From Trichodelitschia bisporula (lineage: Eukaryota), in contig ML996695.1 in assembly GCA_010356995.1 (NCBI GenBank), positions 9,061 through 73,060 of the forward strand: 64,000 bases of DNA. The letters are read 5' to 3'. This document shows, one piece after another, positions 38,159 to 50,901 of the stretch. The notes below the pieces were generated by a model. The model was not told the DNA's origin. It was given only the letters and a program-made list of their open reading frames with translations, and ran no database searches. Each line of letters opens with the position of its first letter. Within the stretch, counting starts at the first letter, position 1. Both the position numbers and the translations under genes were made by a program.

Positions 38159-39902
38159 TGGAGGGGTTGTTCATGTTCTATCCAAGCTTGCTTAATTGAA
38201 GCATACGTCTGCGTGACCATTGTTGGCTCTGTGTGTGTGTGGTGAAGCCCCGCCTGACATTTGAAGCCCCCATACCTTGCTCGAGGAGCGCCTGGACCTG
38301 GGCTGAGTCTGAGCGGCTTTTGCTCGTGCCTTCGGGACCACGGCGTCTTAGTCTGGGCGCCGGGCGAGGTTGAAGTTGAATCGGGATCGCGAAGGATCTG
38401 GGCCAGTGGTGGTCTGCGGCAGGGTTTACCGTCGCTGCATCCGAGCTGACATCAAAGGACCGGTCGTTGTCAAGTCCACATCTGGGAATAATTCGAATAG
38501 GGGTGAGGTGTCAGATTTTTCGTTTCATCAACTTGCGAGCGGCTTCTGCCCCCCCTGGGTCCTAAGTGCAGCAGTTATTTACAATGTCAGCGGATTCTCC
38601 GCCTCGGGATAGACTGACATTGGCTCCGGAGTAAGACTGAGAAGCCAGCATCATAATTTCCCTACTCAAACTCCTTCGGGATATGAATGGAAGGGTTCAA
38701 CGGCTCTGATGCAACGCGTTTCTCTAATGTCGGTCCCGTAGCCATTCTAGTTTCATCAGCATGAACCTCATCCCAATCAAAACGATATCAGCCGCTCCCA
38801 AGGCACTGCTTAGGGCTTCGGTGAGGCGGAGCTTACTACACACGGCTCGGCGACCTGTTGTGCCTGTGTATATCGGCAAGATGAGGCTAGACAGTCAGCA
38901 CTTCCCCCTCTTCCAAGCCTTCGGCGGACAACATTAACCGGCCGAATCGCCCAGCTGTTCCGGCATCCTATCCGTTTCCGCGGCTTCATCGTAAAGTTGT
39001 TATTTCCCTTCCAGCTTCCAGAAGAAAAAAGCAAAAAGCCCAGTATGAGCGAGCTTCGTTTGCTCGCACAGACCTACGAAACCCTGTCTAAGGTTTTACC
39101 GATGCTCGTTCCAATGGTAGGAGGACTTTTGCAGGCTCCAATGTGGGAGGAGGATTCTGCTCCGTGGATGGGAGAGAAATGTCTCGTGAACGAGACTGAA
39201 TGGTCTCGCTCCACGAGCGATGACAGCGAGATTCGAACGTTGACCCTTTCGTGCTGATTTCAGTTTCGATCGGTTATGAGTCCCGATCTACCTGCGCCTT
39301 GCAAGCGACAGGTAACGGCGATTAGCTGCCGCGGCATTCTATGGTGAAGCCCACGGGCAATGGGTCGAGCGTCAACTGCCTAGATACCTTCGTGGCCAAC
39401 CCGTTCTCCGGCGTCTTTGTCCAGCGGATACTGAACGCCCAGGCGCTATGATCTAGTTCCCGTATTCGCCCGGGGATGGACTGTCCGTGGAGGTCTTCCA
39501 TTTCCCGTGGGTAGCCGGTCGGCCCGGCGACACCCGCCCGCGCGTCTCGGCTGCCTCTCGGGGCAACTTCCCGAATCTTTTGGTGCCGGCTGACGAGGCG
39601 TTTCATCCCCCGGGTGGGCATGTGCAGGCGTACGAGCATCCGATGTTCAAGAGCCACCTCGCAAGCCGAGCGTTTTGAGTTCAGGGCGGATGAATTTAGC
39701 TTTCGCTCCGCCATCATTCCTGAGGCACTCCCGGATGTTTTCACCGTCTGTAGTCTGGTTGGGCCGGCCATTGTGCCGCATCTTGAAGCTCCCCGTCAGC
39801 CTTCCCCCGAATGCGGCTCTCCGCGGAATCACCATTTTCGGCCAGTCCCTTCAGCAGCCGCTTCGATCCGAACGCGCTTCGGCCGCAAAAGCCTATCACA
39901 CC

Positions 39903-39990
39903 GGCCGCGTGGCCTAATGGTAAGGCGTCTGACTACGATTCCCTTTGGGTTGTAATCAGGAGATTGCAGGTTCGAGACCTGCCGCGGTCA
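39903..39990 (+). tRNA. tRNA-Arg(ACG) with intron
   Basis: GGCCGCG/CGCGGTC acceptor, TGGCCTAATGGTAAGGCG, CT-ACG, GGTTCGAGACC. Confidence 0.9.
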
Positions 39991-42127
39991 TTAGGCACTT
40001 ATCTCTTTTTGCCGACCTTTGGATCGATTGTTTTGTGATCATGCCTCCGGCCGTCCGCGACAAAATCCCGTGTTTCCGCCGCTAAGCCCAGGCCCGTTAG
40101 CTTGGAGAACATGCTTGTCGTCCCAAGACTTCACCCCGACCCCATTAGGAGGATTCTCCACGAACGTGGCTGACGGGTGCTGTTCTTCCCCTGTTGACAG
40201 CTCCTCGCTCCACATCAACTAGGTCGCTTAGGAAGGCCGTTCTTCACCTCTCCTCGTACGAAATGGATGGTTTTTAGGCTCGCGCTATTTTTTAGCGAGC
40301 CTCATGTACATTTGACAGCCTGACAGCGTTAGCAACTTCAACCGATGGAGGTGGGTTCCCTTGTAGGCCTACCGTTCGGCCTTTCGTGCTGATGTGGTCA
40401 CCATTGGACCATACAGACGCCATTGTCGAGACAAGGCCGTGGCTTGCCTGCCAAACGCCAGACGCTGAACGCTAAACGGGCAACTGCTGGCATATTACGT
40501 ACAGCTCCTCATTCCTGCTGCTGGCTTTATCGTTAGGTTGAAATTTGACAGCAGCAGGCTGAGCTCTGCTCCCAGGGCCCAATCCGGAGAAGGGGGTTGT
40601 TCATCACTGCATACGGATGTACACCAACCGACTTGGCCGATAGGTTGAATGCCAGTGTCAGGTCGTGCAGAATCGGTGACCCTTTTGGTAACTGTTTTTC
40701 GCCGTTTGACGCAATCAAAACGCAACATTATTTGAAGTGGCTTTTGGCTGTCGGCTTTCATGCGCAGCAGGGCGTTGACGAACTGCATGGGCATGTGGCT
40801 TCGGGGCGCAACCTATCAATTAAGGCACATTAAGCTTTCGCCCTACAGTTGTGTTGCAAAGAAGCATTCTTCTACTAGTCATGCACTTTGTGCGATCAAG
40901 CATGTGGGTGGTCTGCGGGCGTTCTTGTTTCCCTCAACTCGCCACTATCATGCCGACAACGTATTGCAAAATAGCCTTTTCGTTCCTGCACAAGAGCGAC
41001 GAACGATATCGACCTCTCGATATGACCGATATGATTGCTGATCTCGCATCCGCACCCGAGACCCCAAGGATAATGCTTACGCATAGTGACGATCATCTCG
41101 GCGCTATAAACCCATTCCCGGGCTCAAACACTATTGCAAGCGGATCCACGTGCACCGATCTCAATCGATCCATATCGCGCAAGATTACTTCGTCCAACTT
41201 CAGTCGTCATCTCCTCATCCATCTTCGAAGCTGCCTCTTCGGGTAACCACCCCCGCATCCTGTCATGCTTTTAGCTCAGCCCAGAAAAGCGATCGTGACA
41301 GCAGGCTCCCCGCGCGCCCTGATTCACGACCAGCAACCGCAGCCGTACCTGCAGCCCCAACCCCGGCCAACCCCCAGGGGACGCATAGCCTCACACCCAC
41401 TCATCAAGCTGCGCACACAGCTCGCCTCCCATTCGATAAAAAATGCCCCGTCACGATCGCCATTGGCGCAATTTTACTTTACTGTACGTACCAATCGCTA
41501 CCCCGCCTCGCAATGCGCTTGACTCGCGACCCCGCGGGCCAACATCGCCCCGCACCTGGGAGCCCCACACGCGTGGAATTTCAGGCGCGGAGTCGCGTGT
41601 TCCGAGCCTTTCAGACGTGAGGTCCACGTGAAGAGGCGCGCGGCCCTCGCTGACGGCGGATGGCGTCTGCGCGCTGCAGGAGTTGGAACTCTCGCACGCG
41701 ATGGCAGACGACTTGCGGCAGGATTAAAGTTTTGCGCGGTGGCGTGGTGGCGTCTCACGTTGGACTTCTTCAAAGCTGAGGAAGAGCAGAGAAAACCCAA
41801 TCGCACAACACAATATGGTATCTTCAGCAGCGCATTAAAAATAATACTAGATTACGTCGGTACTGTGACGGCAGCAGTAGATCATACCCGCTCATAGACT
41901 CCGATATCCAACCCAACTCCGAAAAACCCTCAGGTCCCCCGCCCAAGCGTCCGCCCAGGGGTTCGGCCCGTCTTCCCCACAACTCCGGAGCGCGACGCCA
42001 CCCGCGCACCGCCGTCAGCGATCCCCAACGCGATTGGCGCCAATACCTGCTGCAGAATCCGGGGGAGATGATGCGCTAGTCTCACTGGCGCAGGTATTTC
42101 GCAAAGCGGAGCATCCGCCGCTCCTCC

Positions 42128-43301
42128 TCACCAGCGTGCCTGCGAGGAGGAGGCGGCGAGACGCTCCTGGCTCGAGTGGCGCGACACGGGCGTGGCCGAG
42201 ACGTCGAATTCGCGTGTTACTTCGATGGTGCCGAGCTCGACGTCTTTCTTGATCGCGCTGCTGCTGGTGGTTCCCGTCTTTTGCCGCCAGGAGTAGAGGG
42301 CTGAGGCGGAGAAGTATTGCCTGAAGAAGGCCTTGAGGGCGGGCGCGGAGGCGCATATGATGGCTACGTGCGCTTCGACGCCCGTCCACAGCCATATTTC
42401 ACCCGCTACCCAGGTCACGTCGTAGGTGACGTAGAAGAGGCGGTAGATGTAGACGATGCGGATGATGCTCGTGATGCAGGTACTGGCCGGTCAGCATGCC
42501 GCCGCGTTTACAAGAGAATGGCAAACTCACAAGAAGCCCACGCCAAAAATGGCCGCCAGCACCACCTTCTGCCGGAACGGCAGCTGCAGCTTCCAAAACA
42601 GAATCAGGGGCATTCCACACGCGATGAAGTCCTGGATGATGCTGAAGGCGCTTGCGGCGAGCAGATTCGCCGCCTCATTGAAGCACTTGAAGTCCGGGTG
42701 CTCGTGGACCCAGAACGGGTTGACCTGGTTCCAGAAGACGCTGATCGGGCGGCAGCCGAGGAAGAGCGTCACTTCGAAGGTGATGATGTAGGCGATGACG
42801 AAGGCGATGCAGGCGCGCACTGCCCAACGGAATACGGGTGTGACGGATCCCTCGGACATGCGCCGGTAGAAGAGGAGGATGGAGATTTTGATCAGGCCTG
42901 TGCACATGATGTACAACGCTTCGATGGCCATGGCGACCTTGCGGGTTTTGATAGCGTCGGCTGGCGTCAGGTCCCACGCATGTCTGTCAAAGCCGTATAT
43001 TCTGCCCGCGAGGCAGATGGCGACGGCAAGGCCGAAGGTAGGAACCTGGACTGTTAGCGGTGTTATCTTCGACAGACAAGGCTGAACATACCGCCGCGAT
43101 GGTGATGATCAAGTCATCGAGACCAGCGTTGCGCTGAATCACCAACCGCGCCCACAGTCTCGCAACCAGCGTCGCAAATGTGAGAAGAGACATAAGCAGC
43201 GTGACAACGACGAGTCCCCATCCTCGCGTCTCGATGTGCGAGTGATCTCGCGCTGCCCATTCCTTCAGCACTTCTATCGGGGGGTGCAGTCCTCCTGGCA
43301 T
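42128..43301 (-). CDS. PTH11-like (fungal rhodopsin-domain) integral membrane receptor without CFEM, 2 introns
   Basis: ARLWAR..GLDD, YGFDRHAWD, LIKISILLFYRR, CRPISVFWN, WKLQLPFRQK, VEAHVAIICASAPALK. Confidence 0.9.
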
Positions 43302-44406
43302 CGTGTGGTGGGGCGAGAAGGGGGCTCTGGAGTAAGATGGGGCCCGGAGTACTTTATCAGCCTCGAGGCCAGGGCTTTGGCTGAGGAGGGTGCTAGGGTA
43401 CAACAGCTGGGGTGCGGGGAGTGGCTTTACTGGTGGAGGACTGGGGGGAGGTACTGGGGTTGTCCGAGCTGGGTCGGAGGCGATCCGGGGGAGGGGACCC
43501 CGAGGGGGGGCACCTGGGGGTGCGTGCCGTGGTGGGTCTTGGGCCAGCCGCATGGATTGGCACCGTGCACCTGGGGATCATCGATATGCAAGGCTAGGGA
43601 AGTAGTGCAGAATGTTCGCTATAATTGCTCACCGCAGGAGTACGCCGCTAAATTAGCCAAACTAGTTTGCCAGTTCAACTAGACCTCAGATGCCGGAGGC
43701 GCCTCCGTTCGCTAAAGGACATTATGAGACGTCGTATTGCAGTCGCAAAGTTCCAGAGATCTTCGAGCAAGTCTGTCATCTAGTCTGTTTCGGCCTGCGA
43801 ATCTCTGGAATTCTGTTTGTGTCCGATTTGCCTCCGACCCGGTTCTACCATCAGCGCACGCGCCGGGCCGCGACCTGAAACCGATGAGCCCTACAGCACC
43901 TTATTATGCGCATCTGCTATGCACATCGTGGCACGTTCCTCGTGGCGGATAGATGGGGGGGCCGCTTGGATGTCATGCCGGGGAATGTGCGTTGCAGGTG
44001 CGTTTTGCGCGGTGGGACTTATGGCGAGACGTTTACCAGGCGACTAGGGATGGGAGTTGAGTGGAGTGTTGTACGGGGTTGGGAGGAATCGGCGGGGGAA
44101 CGAGTGTGGTGTCTTGTCGTCTCTTGCTCGACGCCTTGTCCACCTGGCGGAGAGGGAAACGGAGGCCGTGCGCCGGCGATCCGTGCCCATCGGAGACTGC
44201 CGCGCACTGCCAACGTCTGTCCTTTCGGAACCGAGCCGAGCAACGCAGTCGATTCTGATATCCATCGTCTTTAATCATCCAGCAAACACCAAAACGGAAA
44301 AACAAATGTACGGCGCGCTGATATTGCCAAACTACAAGTGTCCTTCGGAGATGGGACGTGCCTGACCTGTCAGGCGATGGTATCTGACTCTTCTGAATAA
44401 TCTACC

Positions 44407-44483
44407 GTGCCCGTACCTCAATACCCGAAGTATCCTCTCTGTGCTGCTCAAAGAGGGTACTTCAGGTATTGGGGGACGGGCAT
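44407..44483. repeat. 32-bp inverted repeat with 13-nt loop
   Basis: gtgcccgtacctcaatacccgaagtatcctct / agagggtacttcaggtattgggggacgggcat. Confidence 0.9.
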
Positions 44484-46904
44484 GATATATTATTCAGAAG
44501 AGTCAAACGAAGAGACGACGGGCACTGTACAGTACACGTCTTTGAGTCGCCTTCGCATCCATCGGAGCCATCAACCGACCGCCGCACCATCGTGGTCGCA
44601 CGCTTTCGCCGGAGATAGCTCTTCAGATTCAACAAGTGTGGTCCTTTGATCTATCATCTCGTGGATACTGTCGACACTCGTAAAGCGCCTCCCAGGACCG
44701 GGATCTGTGCAACTCCCCAGCTGCGAATTCCATACTCCAAACTGTCCTCCGCACTCCTCATGACCGCCTTGAGCATTTTGGCTGGGAATGGCCTACAGTA
44801 TCATCGTGGAGCGGTTAATTTGCCGTACCGCATACCATCTCTCGGTCCATTGTGCCGCTGATCATCCGTGCCAGATGGACCTCCCGACCCGAGGACCGCC
44901 GCTGTCCGAGATCATAGTGGCCAGACATCGCCGATGAAGTACGATTCTCGGATATGGTCTAGTGATTTCCCTTGCATCCGGCTGCGTTTATTGATTGGCA
45001 TTAATTGGAGCTGATGGCCGGCTTTGAATTGCGTCTTGAGGCAGCGACCGGTACCCGGGTGGCGCTGTTCATGGCTACTTCATGTGGATCACCTCTGTCC
45101 CTGGTTCGCTGATGGTCCTTCTCGGCCGGATATCCGAGTGCACAAAAGCTTTCGACTATCAGACAGTCCATTGCAATTGAGTTCCACTTGTTGAGTGCGG
45201 GACCTTGACCCATCGGCACGGATGCGGCAGGCACGAAACCGGAGCTCATGACGGTCGCACCTGCCTTTGATAGAGCAGGTTGCTCGGGCACGTGCATTAA
45301 GGAAACTCCTGCCTCGATGCGGAGAGAAGCACCGCTGTTTGTTAAAATTTATGCCAGAGCAATCAATTTTTCCAACATTCGCTTAGCGCGCCACATGAAT
45401 ATCTACATCCACCCCCAAAGTTCCCTTCACATCCTCAACATCACCTCCACAACCTCAACATCACCAACACATCTTCAACATCACCAACACATCCTCACCA
45501 CTCATCATCCTCCCCATCCCCCTCCTCTTCTTTTTCTCTTCGTATACAGTACACCTCACGCTCCGCTACCCTACTTTGCTTTACAGCGCTCTTTGCTTAA
45601 CAGCAATTCGGGCAGCGCCCTGGCACCCCGGACTTAGAGGCAAACCTAAGAGACCGCGACTTGGAAGTTGAACGCGTCGGCTTGACATCTGGGCAGCTGG
45701 AATGGCGGCAACCAAAACTCCAGTTGCTTTCCGCGGAGCTTAGGCGCAGAGTCCTCGTACACATATCCCACAACCTTCTTCTCGACCTTGGGACTCATCT
45801 CCTTCTGTCTATGGCCTTGGGCTCATTGTGGGGCGTGGGTGCTGGTGGTACCTCTCAGGCGTCAGCTGTAGTACACCCCATGACGTCCTTATCGGTTCAG
45901 AGCAATACGACGATCTCCTCCTCGCCTTAAAGAATTTCTACGGTGTGACAGTCGATAACGCCGAGGTCATCATTCACGAAGCTCATGAGAAGGACAAGCT
46001 TATACTCCTGCTTTACCTCCTTGTCTTGTTTTTTATATAACTCACATGGCGTAAGTGCGAAATCCGTGCACATAAAAGGCTTGCTGACAGTCGCTAGCCA
46101 TGGATCCGTTGGCTTGCAATCTGACAGCGACGGGGACACTCCCATGTTGGATCCCCAGGACGTTGTCGAGGAGCCCAGAGGCCTGGAAGAAGACTTGGAG
46201 CCGGACGAGAGAAGAATTCTCGACGAGCAGACCCCTCGTCGGCCGCCCAATGTCATCAATGGCTCGAATGCCTTGATGAGCTCCTCCCAAGACTCAAATC
46301 ACTCCACAGAAGGCCCCGATTCTCTTGACTTGAGAATGAAGCACGAGCAAAGATCGGTGCAATTGAAGTCATCGAGAATCGCCAAAGGTCATACTTAGTG
46401 CAGATGGAAGCATATGAGTTTTTCTATATAACTTGCCTCAATTTCACCTCAATATGTATATAGCGCGCTCTGCGGTAGGTCTCCGTCCGCACATCCGTTT
46501 CTTAGCTAATCTGCTCAGGACGTCGAACATGGAGTCTCAGGAGGGTTTTCAGACTCCTCGCCGCGCTACCATCCCGGGTGTCAGGGGCGCACAAATCACT
46601 GGTTGCACAGCATTGGTTGTGGAATAACATTCATTGAAAGCTTGAAGAACTATGTAAGGGTTTCGCGTATGAATGTGGAGTGTGGGGAAGCTGGGGGTGC
46701 TAGCGCACAGGCCAGCGCCAAGCCCTTACCCTGCAAGTCCAGCCGGGGCTGGAATTGCAGGCATCAGGCACCAAGCCTTACCGAGTCACGTGACCCATAC
46801 AGGGCATGTGGCAATTTGACATGGGAGAGATGGTATCCTCCCATGACACCGGGTCCTGGTGACTCGTCTGCCTTCCTAGGGCTTTCGAGAGTCGCCGCTC
46901 CACC

Positions 46905-47749
46905 ATGGAACGCATGGGAAGGTCCGGTATATATGCCGACTCCAAAGTCCCTCGTGCGTCGTGGATTTCGTTCTCTAGCAAACGGGCGCCCGATAGGTAT
47001 AACTGGATGGGACGAGCAGGGCGTGGTTGCTCTAGGGCCCCCCACCCAGATCGAGTCATGTTTGCGGACGCGGAGTTCATGGTCGTGCGAGCCTCGCGTC
47101 CGATCATCACTCAACTATGCCTCCAGGACGGCCAAGGACGCGAACTCTTCTACGACACAGTAGACTACAACATGCCCATCAAAAACTTCTGCAATGAGGC
47201 GTGGCTACTAGGTGTGCATTGTCCCGATGCACTTCGCCTCGAAGCTTCACACGGCGCGAATATAACACGCGGGTCCCCGTCAAAGGAGTGTGCCGAGAAA
47301 CTGCAAAAGCTGCCGCCAAGCCCACCCATCGCATTTTACTCAGTGGCACGCGAATGGACATTCAGGAAGCGCTCAACACCTTGCAGCCGCATCTTCTCCC
47401 CAGTGCCTGGAGCTGGGGGGCTTCGACTCGGAAGGAAGCTGGGGCATGGATATATACGAAGCATTGGATGCGAAGCAGTCCTATCAACAACATTCAACAT
47501 CCGGAATTGGGAACCCCGTTGCTCTGCCATGTCTGCCCCGTCCTCAGCTGCCGGCGAATCTTCGAGGACTACGACCTCATACGCCGCCATGTGCGCAACT
47601 CACACCGGCAAACCTACTTCTGCTCGGTGACCGGCTGCCCCCGCAGACAGGCAGGCCGTGAAGGAGGGCACTTCGGTTGGATGGCTGGTCGTATCGGAGC
47701 CTACGATGAGGCGCAGTTAGTCATATATACAAATTCGAAGAAGGGCTAA
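46905..47749 (+). pseudogene. Frameshifted relic: DEDD-like exonuclease fragment plus C2H2 zinc finger
   Basis: VMFADAEF...QLCLQDGQGRELFYDTVDY (ExoI-like DxE); in another frame CPVLSCRRIFEDYDLIRRHVRNSH and a following CSVTGC. Confidence 0.5.
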
Positions 47750-47770
47750 TTCCATGATATGACATGTGCG

Positions 47771-48414
47771 ATCATCTCCTCCCGAACACAGCGTGCCGAG
47801 TTGCCGGTGTCCGCTGTGTACCAGTCATCGATGACGTAGGTGTGGTAGGGTGCGGGTCGGAATACTCTCGGCCTGAGCTACTCGTACACGCAATGAAATA
47901 CCCGTACTGAATTGTCAGCTCTCGAAGGGTAACGGTTCTCCCGCTTACCTCCAGCCATCAATTACTCGCCCACCACTTCCATCACTAGCTGCGCTCCTCT
48001 CTCACACTCATTGTACGGCACGTGCCATCATCTCCTCCCGAGCCCAGCGTGCCGTGTTTTCGCCGTGCGTACGCTCTTCCTTCATGTTCCCGTGCTTCAA
48101 GTACATAGAGCCGACCTGGAACCGTTAGCACCTGCCGTCCGAGGCCTGCAGGATTTGGGACAAATGCAAGTACCAACGGTACTTGGCCGGCTCCGTATGC
48201 TTGAAGCACGGGAGCATGAAGGTAGAGCGTACAGACGACGAAAACTCGGCACACTGGGTTCGGAACCTTCGCCAATACATGCTCAAGTCCCCCAAGGGCC
48301 GTGTTCAAGGCTTCATACTTGTGTCTGTTACACGCTGGCAGAGCCTCTTCAACGCCATGCAGTTCGTTGGATGGTTTTCAGCAATGTGGCACGCTGGGTT
48401 CGGGAGGAGATGAT
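47771..48414. repeat. Nested inverted repeats: ~98-bp-arm foldback (48038-48263) and four copies of a 27-bp motif
   Basis: Motif ATCATCTCCTCCCGARCMCAGCGTGCC on + at 47771 and 48027, and on - at ~48239-48264 (partial) and 48388-48414. Confidence 0.88.
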
Positions 48415-48792
48415 CTTATGTGCAGAGCGGGCGGGGTGAGATTTTTATAGCGTCTGTCACGACGGCACTTCACAAGTGAATCTGATGTATCCAGTTGCAG
48501 TCTGTGCCGTAACAATATATCAACGACTTCCATCGTTTAGCGCCGCATCAGCAATACGCTCTATTGTCTTTCAATCCCTCTTGTCCGACCACTGTACACA
48601 CTGGAGGCATATATATCGCGCGTTTCCATCAGTCTCCGGGGTCATAATGCCTCCGGCTCTCCGGGACCGGCAGTGGCGATTGCCTCCGGACGACTTCTTT
48701 GCCGGCGACCTGCTACAACGGAAGAGTTCTATACCGGATGATGCGATGGCTGTGGACAAATCGGCAAGGTCACGGTAAAGGCGGTGACCAAA

Positions 48793-49208
48793 GGGATGAC
48801 GCAGGAGATAAGGACCGAGAACCTCCTCAACCTTGCGGCTCTGGACGCGATAGTTTGGCGACGCACTTATATACGCTCTTTGTGGATATGCGACCGAGCT
48901 ATCAACATATCAACCGAAATCTTGAATTACGGTAAGTACAATCTCGGAGTGCTGAAGAGGCCTGACCGAAGTCGGATATATGCAGCCGCCCAGGCGGGCC
49001 ATGTGCAGAGCCCGGGGATGTGAAGTCCCGCATGAGGCAGTTGAAGGACAACTGGTATGAAACCCTTCTGGAAAATTGGGACCTCCGCGCGGAGCTTGTC
49101 AACGAGCGTGCGCATTTCAAAGCGGAGATGGATAAGAAGGCCCGAGAATATAACGAGAGTTTGACAACGCCGCCCGTTCCGCCTCACGGTGGTACTGCAA
49201 AGATATAG
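48793..49208 (+). pseudogene. Frameshifted orphan coiled-coil ORF
   Basis: ORFs 48784..49023 and 49020..49208 overlap in different frames; helical LLENWDLRAELVNERAHFKAEMDKK. Confidence 0.35.
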
Positions 49209-49491
49209 CCTTTGCGAACGAACACGCGGGCAATTTCAAGCGTGCGGCCGTCTCAATGATCGCCTTGCTCGACATTATTTAAGCTGATGCCCAGCGACTC
49301 CGGGAGACGGACCAGTGGATGCAACACGAGCTTGCCGATGCGCGCAAAGGAAGCGATTCACCAGTCTGCGAATCTGAATAAATGGAAACTTCATCATTGT
49401 TCGAATTCACACTCCTCTTCCAACACCACATCCCTCTTGCATTCTTCTACCTTCACGCGGAAAGATACCTCTGCTTCTCTCCGTATTCACC

Positions 49492-50346
49492 ATGGATTCC
49501 AGCAAGGAGTCTTCAGGCTTGGGTGATGGCCGCAAAGGTCAAACCACTGTCCTTCAGTGGATGCGCGAGTTAGAGCAACAACTGAGCGAGCAGGGTCAAC
49601 CCCTTTCACACCTGACCGCGAAGCTCGCGGAGGCCGGGTCCCAGCTGAGGGATCTGAAGGCGAAGAGCTGCGCCGTCCTTACGGACAATTGAGACCTCCG
49701 GGTGAAGCTTAACGATCAGGACGCGCAACACAAGGCGGAGATAAAGGAGAAGGACGAGTCCCATAGGCGGAAGTTTCAGCAACAGTGCGAAGACGCTGCA
49801 CACTGGTTCTCTAAGGAGTTGACTTTTGCGCAGCGATGCACGCACAGTTACAGGAAGAAATACCTCGATCTCCTCCACGACCTCGATAATTCCCAGCAAG
49901 AGGTGTATAAACTCCAGGACACCAATGAGCAACTCCGGAAGAGCAATGAGATGCTCAAACGCGGGTTTGTCGCTATTCATTAGCAGTGGTGTCAACACTT
50001 GGAGCAGAAGCAGCAGCTTGAGCTCCTGCTCAAGGAGTCATATCAGAACCGGGAGCGGACGCGTGAGCTTGAGCTTGAGCTTGCCGAGATACGGAAGGAA
50101 GCGAAATACCAATCTATCAGTCTGAATACGAAGCTCATCATGGCTCAGCGGACGGCGCGCCACCATTACTCCATGCTAGTCCAATCTCACGGGGAAGCCA
50201 CTTTCTACCAGGAGATGGCCTCAAGCGCTCAAGGCAACATTCAAGCTGCTCAGGAGATGGTCGGCCTAGGCAAGCCCGGTGAAAGTGCACATTGGCTAGA
50301 AGTACTTGCGGCGCAGATGCGCAGATGCGGGAGCTGGCCGAGTTGA
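49492..50346 (+). pseudogene. Long coiled-coil protein pseudogene with two in-frame stops
   Basis: Three collinear same-frame ORFs rich in Q/E/K/L, separated only by TGA (49690) and TAG (49981). Confidence 0.6.
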
Positions 50347-50901
50347 GACAAGCCGTCGGCACAAAGCCGTAGAACAAATCCGTACCGGACACAAATGTCA
50401 GCAAGGAGCGTCAAATGGATCTCGACAAGCAGGGCGACGACGAACTCGCTCAGCACGCCAGCACCGGGCTCGGTCGGGAGGACAATACGGCGCTCGCTCC
50501 GGATGACCATGGGCCTATCCAGAAGGACCAGGATGTTTTCATTCAACAGAACTTCAGCGGACACAACCAGCAAGGCAGCAGCGATCTCATCCAGGTAAGC
50601 AACAGCGAGCACGGCCAGCGGGACATCACTGATTTAGGGCAGCAGGGCAACACCGGTTTTCGTCAGCGGAGCAACAGCGGGGTTATTCAGGAGAACGTGG
50701 TTATTTCCTTTCTGAAGTCAAAGAGCGAGCAAGAAGCAACAGCTATGCAGCGTGGAATTGTCCAGAGTACAGGTGCCATTTACGGGACGAGTACGTAGCG
50801 AACTTAGTGAAAATGAGGAGCATGAATGTTTGACATGCATACATCAACCGGTCGTGCCCTACCTTATGTCTCAATGCCCTAGTAGCCATTGTACCTTTCC
50901 A

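Noticed and set aside
38540..38650. Short nested stems (aatgtcag/ctgacatt, ggcttct/agaagcc)
   Set aside because: 7-8 bp stems are expected by chance; no family motif
43380..43560. G-rich tract upstream of the PTH11-like gene
   Set aside because: Low-complexity promoter/5' UTR sequence; nothing beyond composition supports function
45431..45500. 20-bp tandem CAACATCACC repeats
   Set aside because: Ordinary slippage repeat
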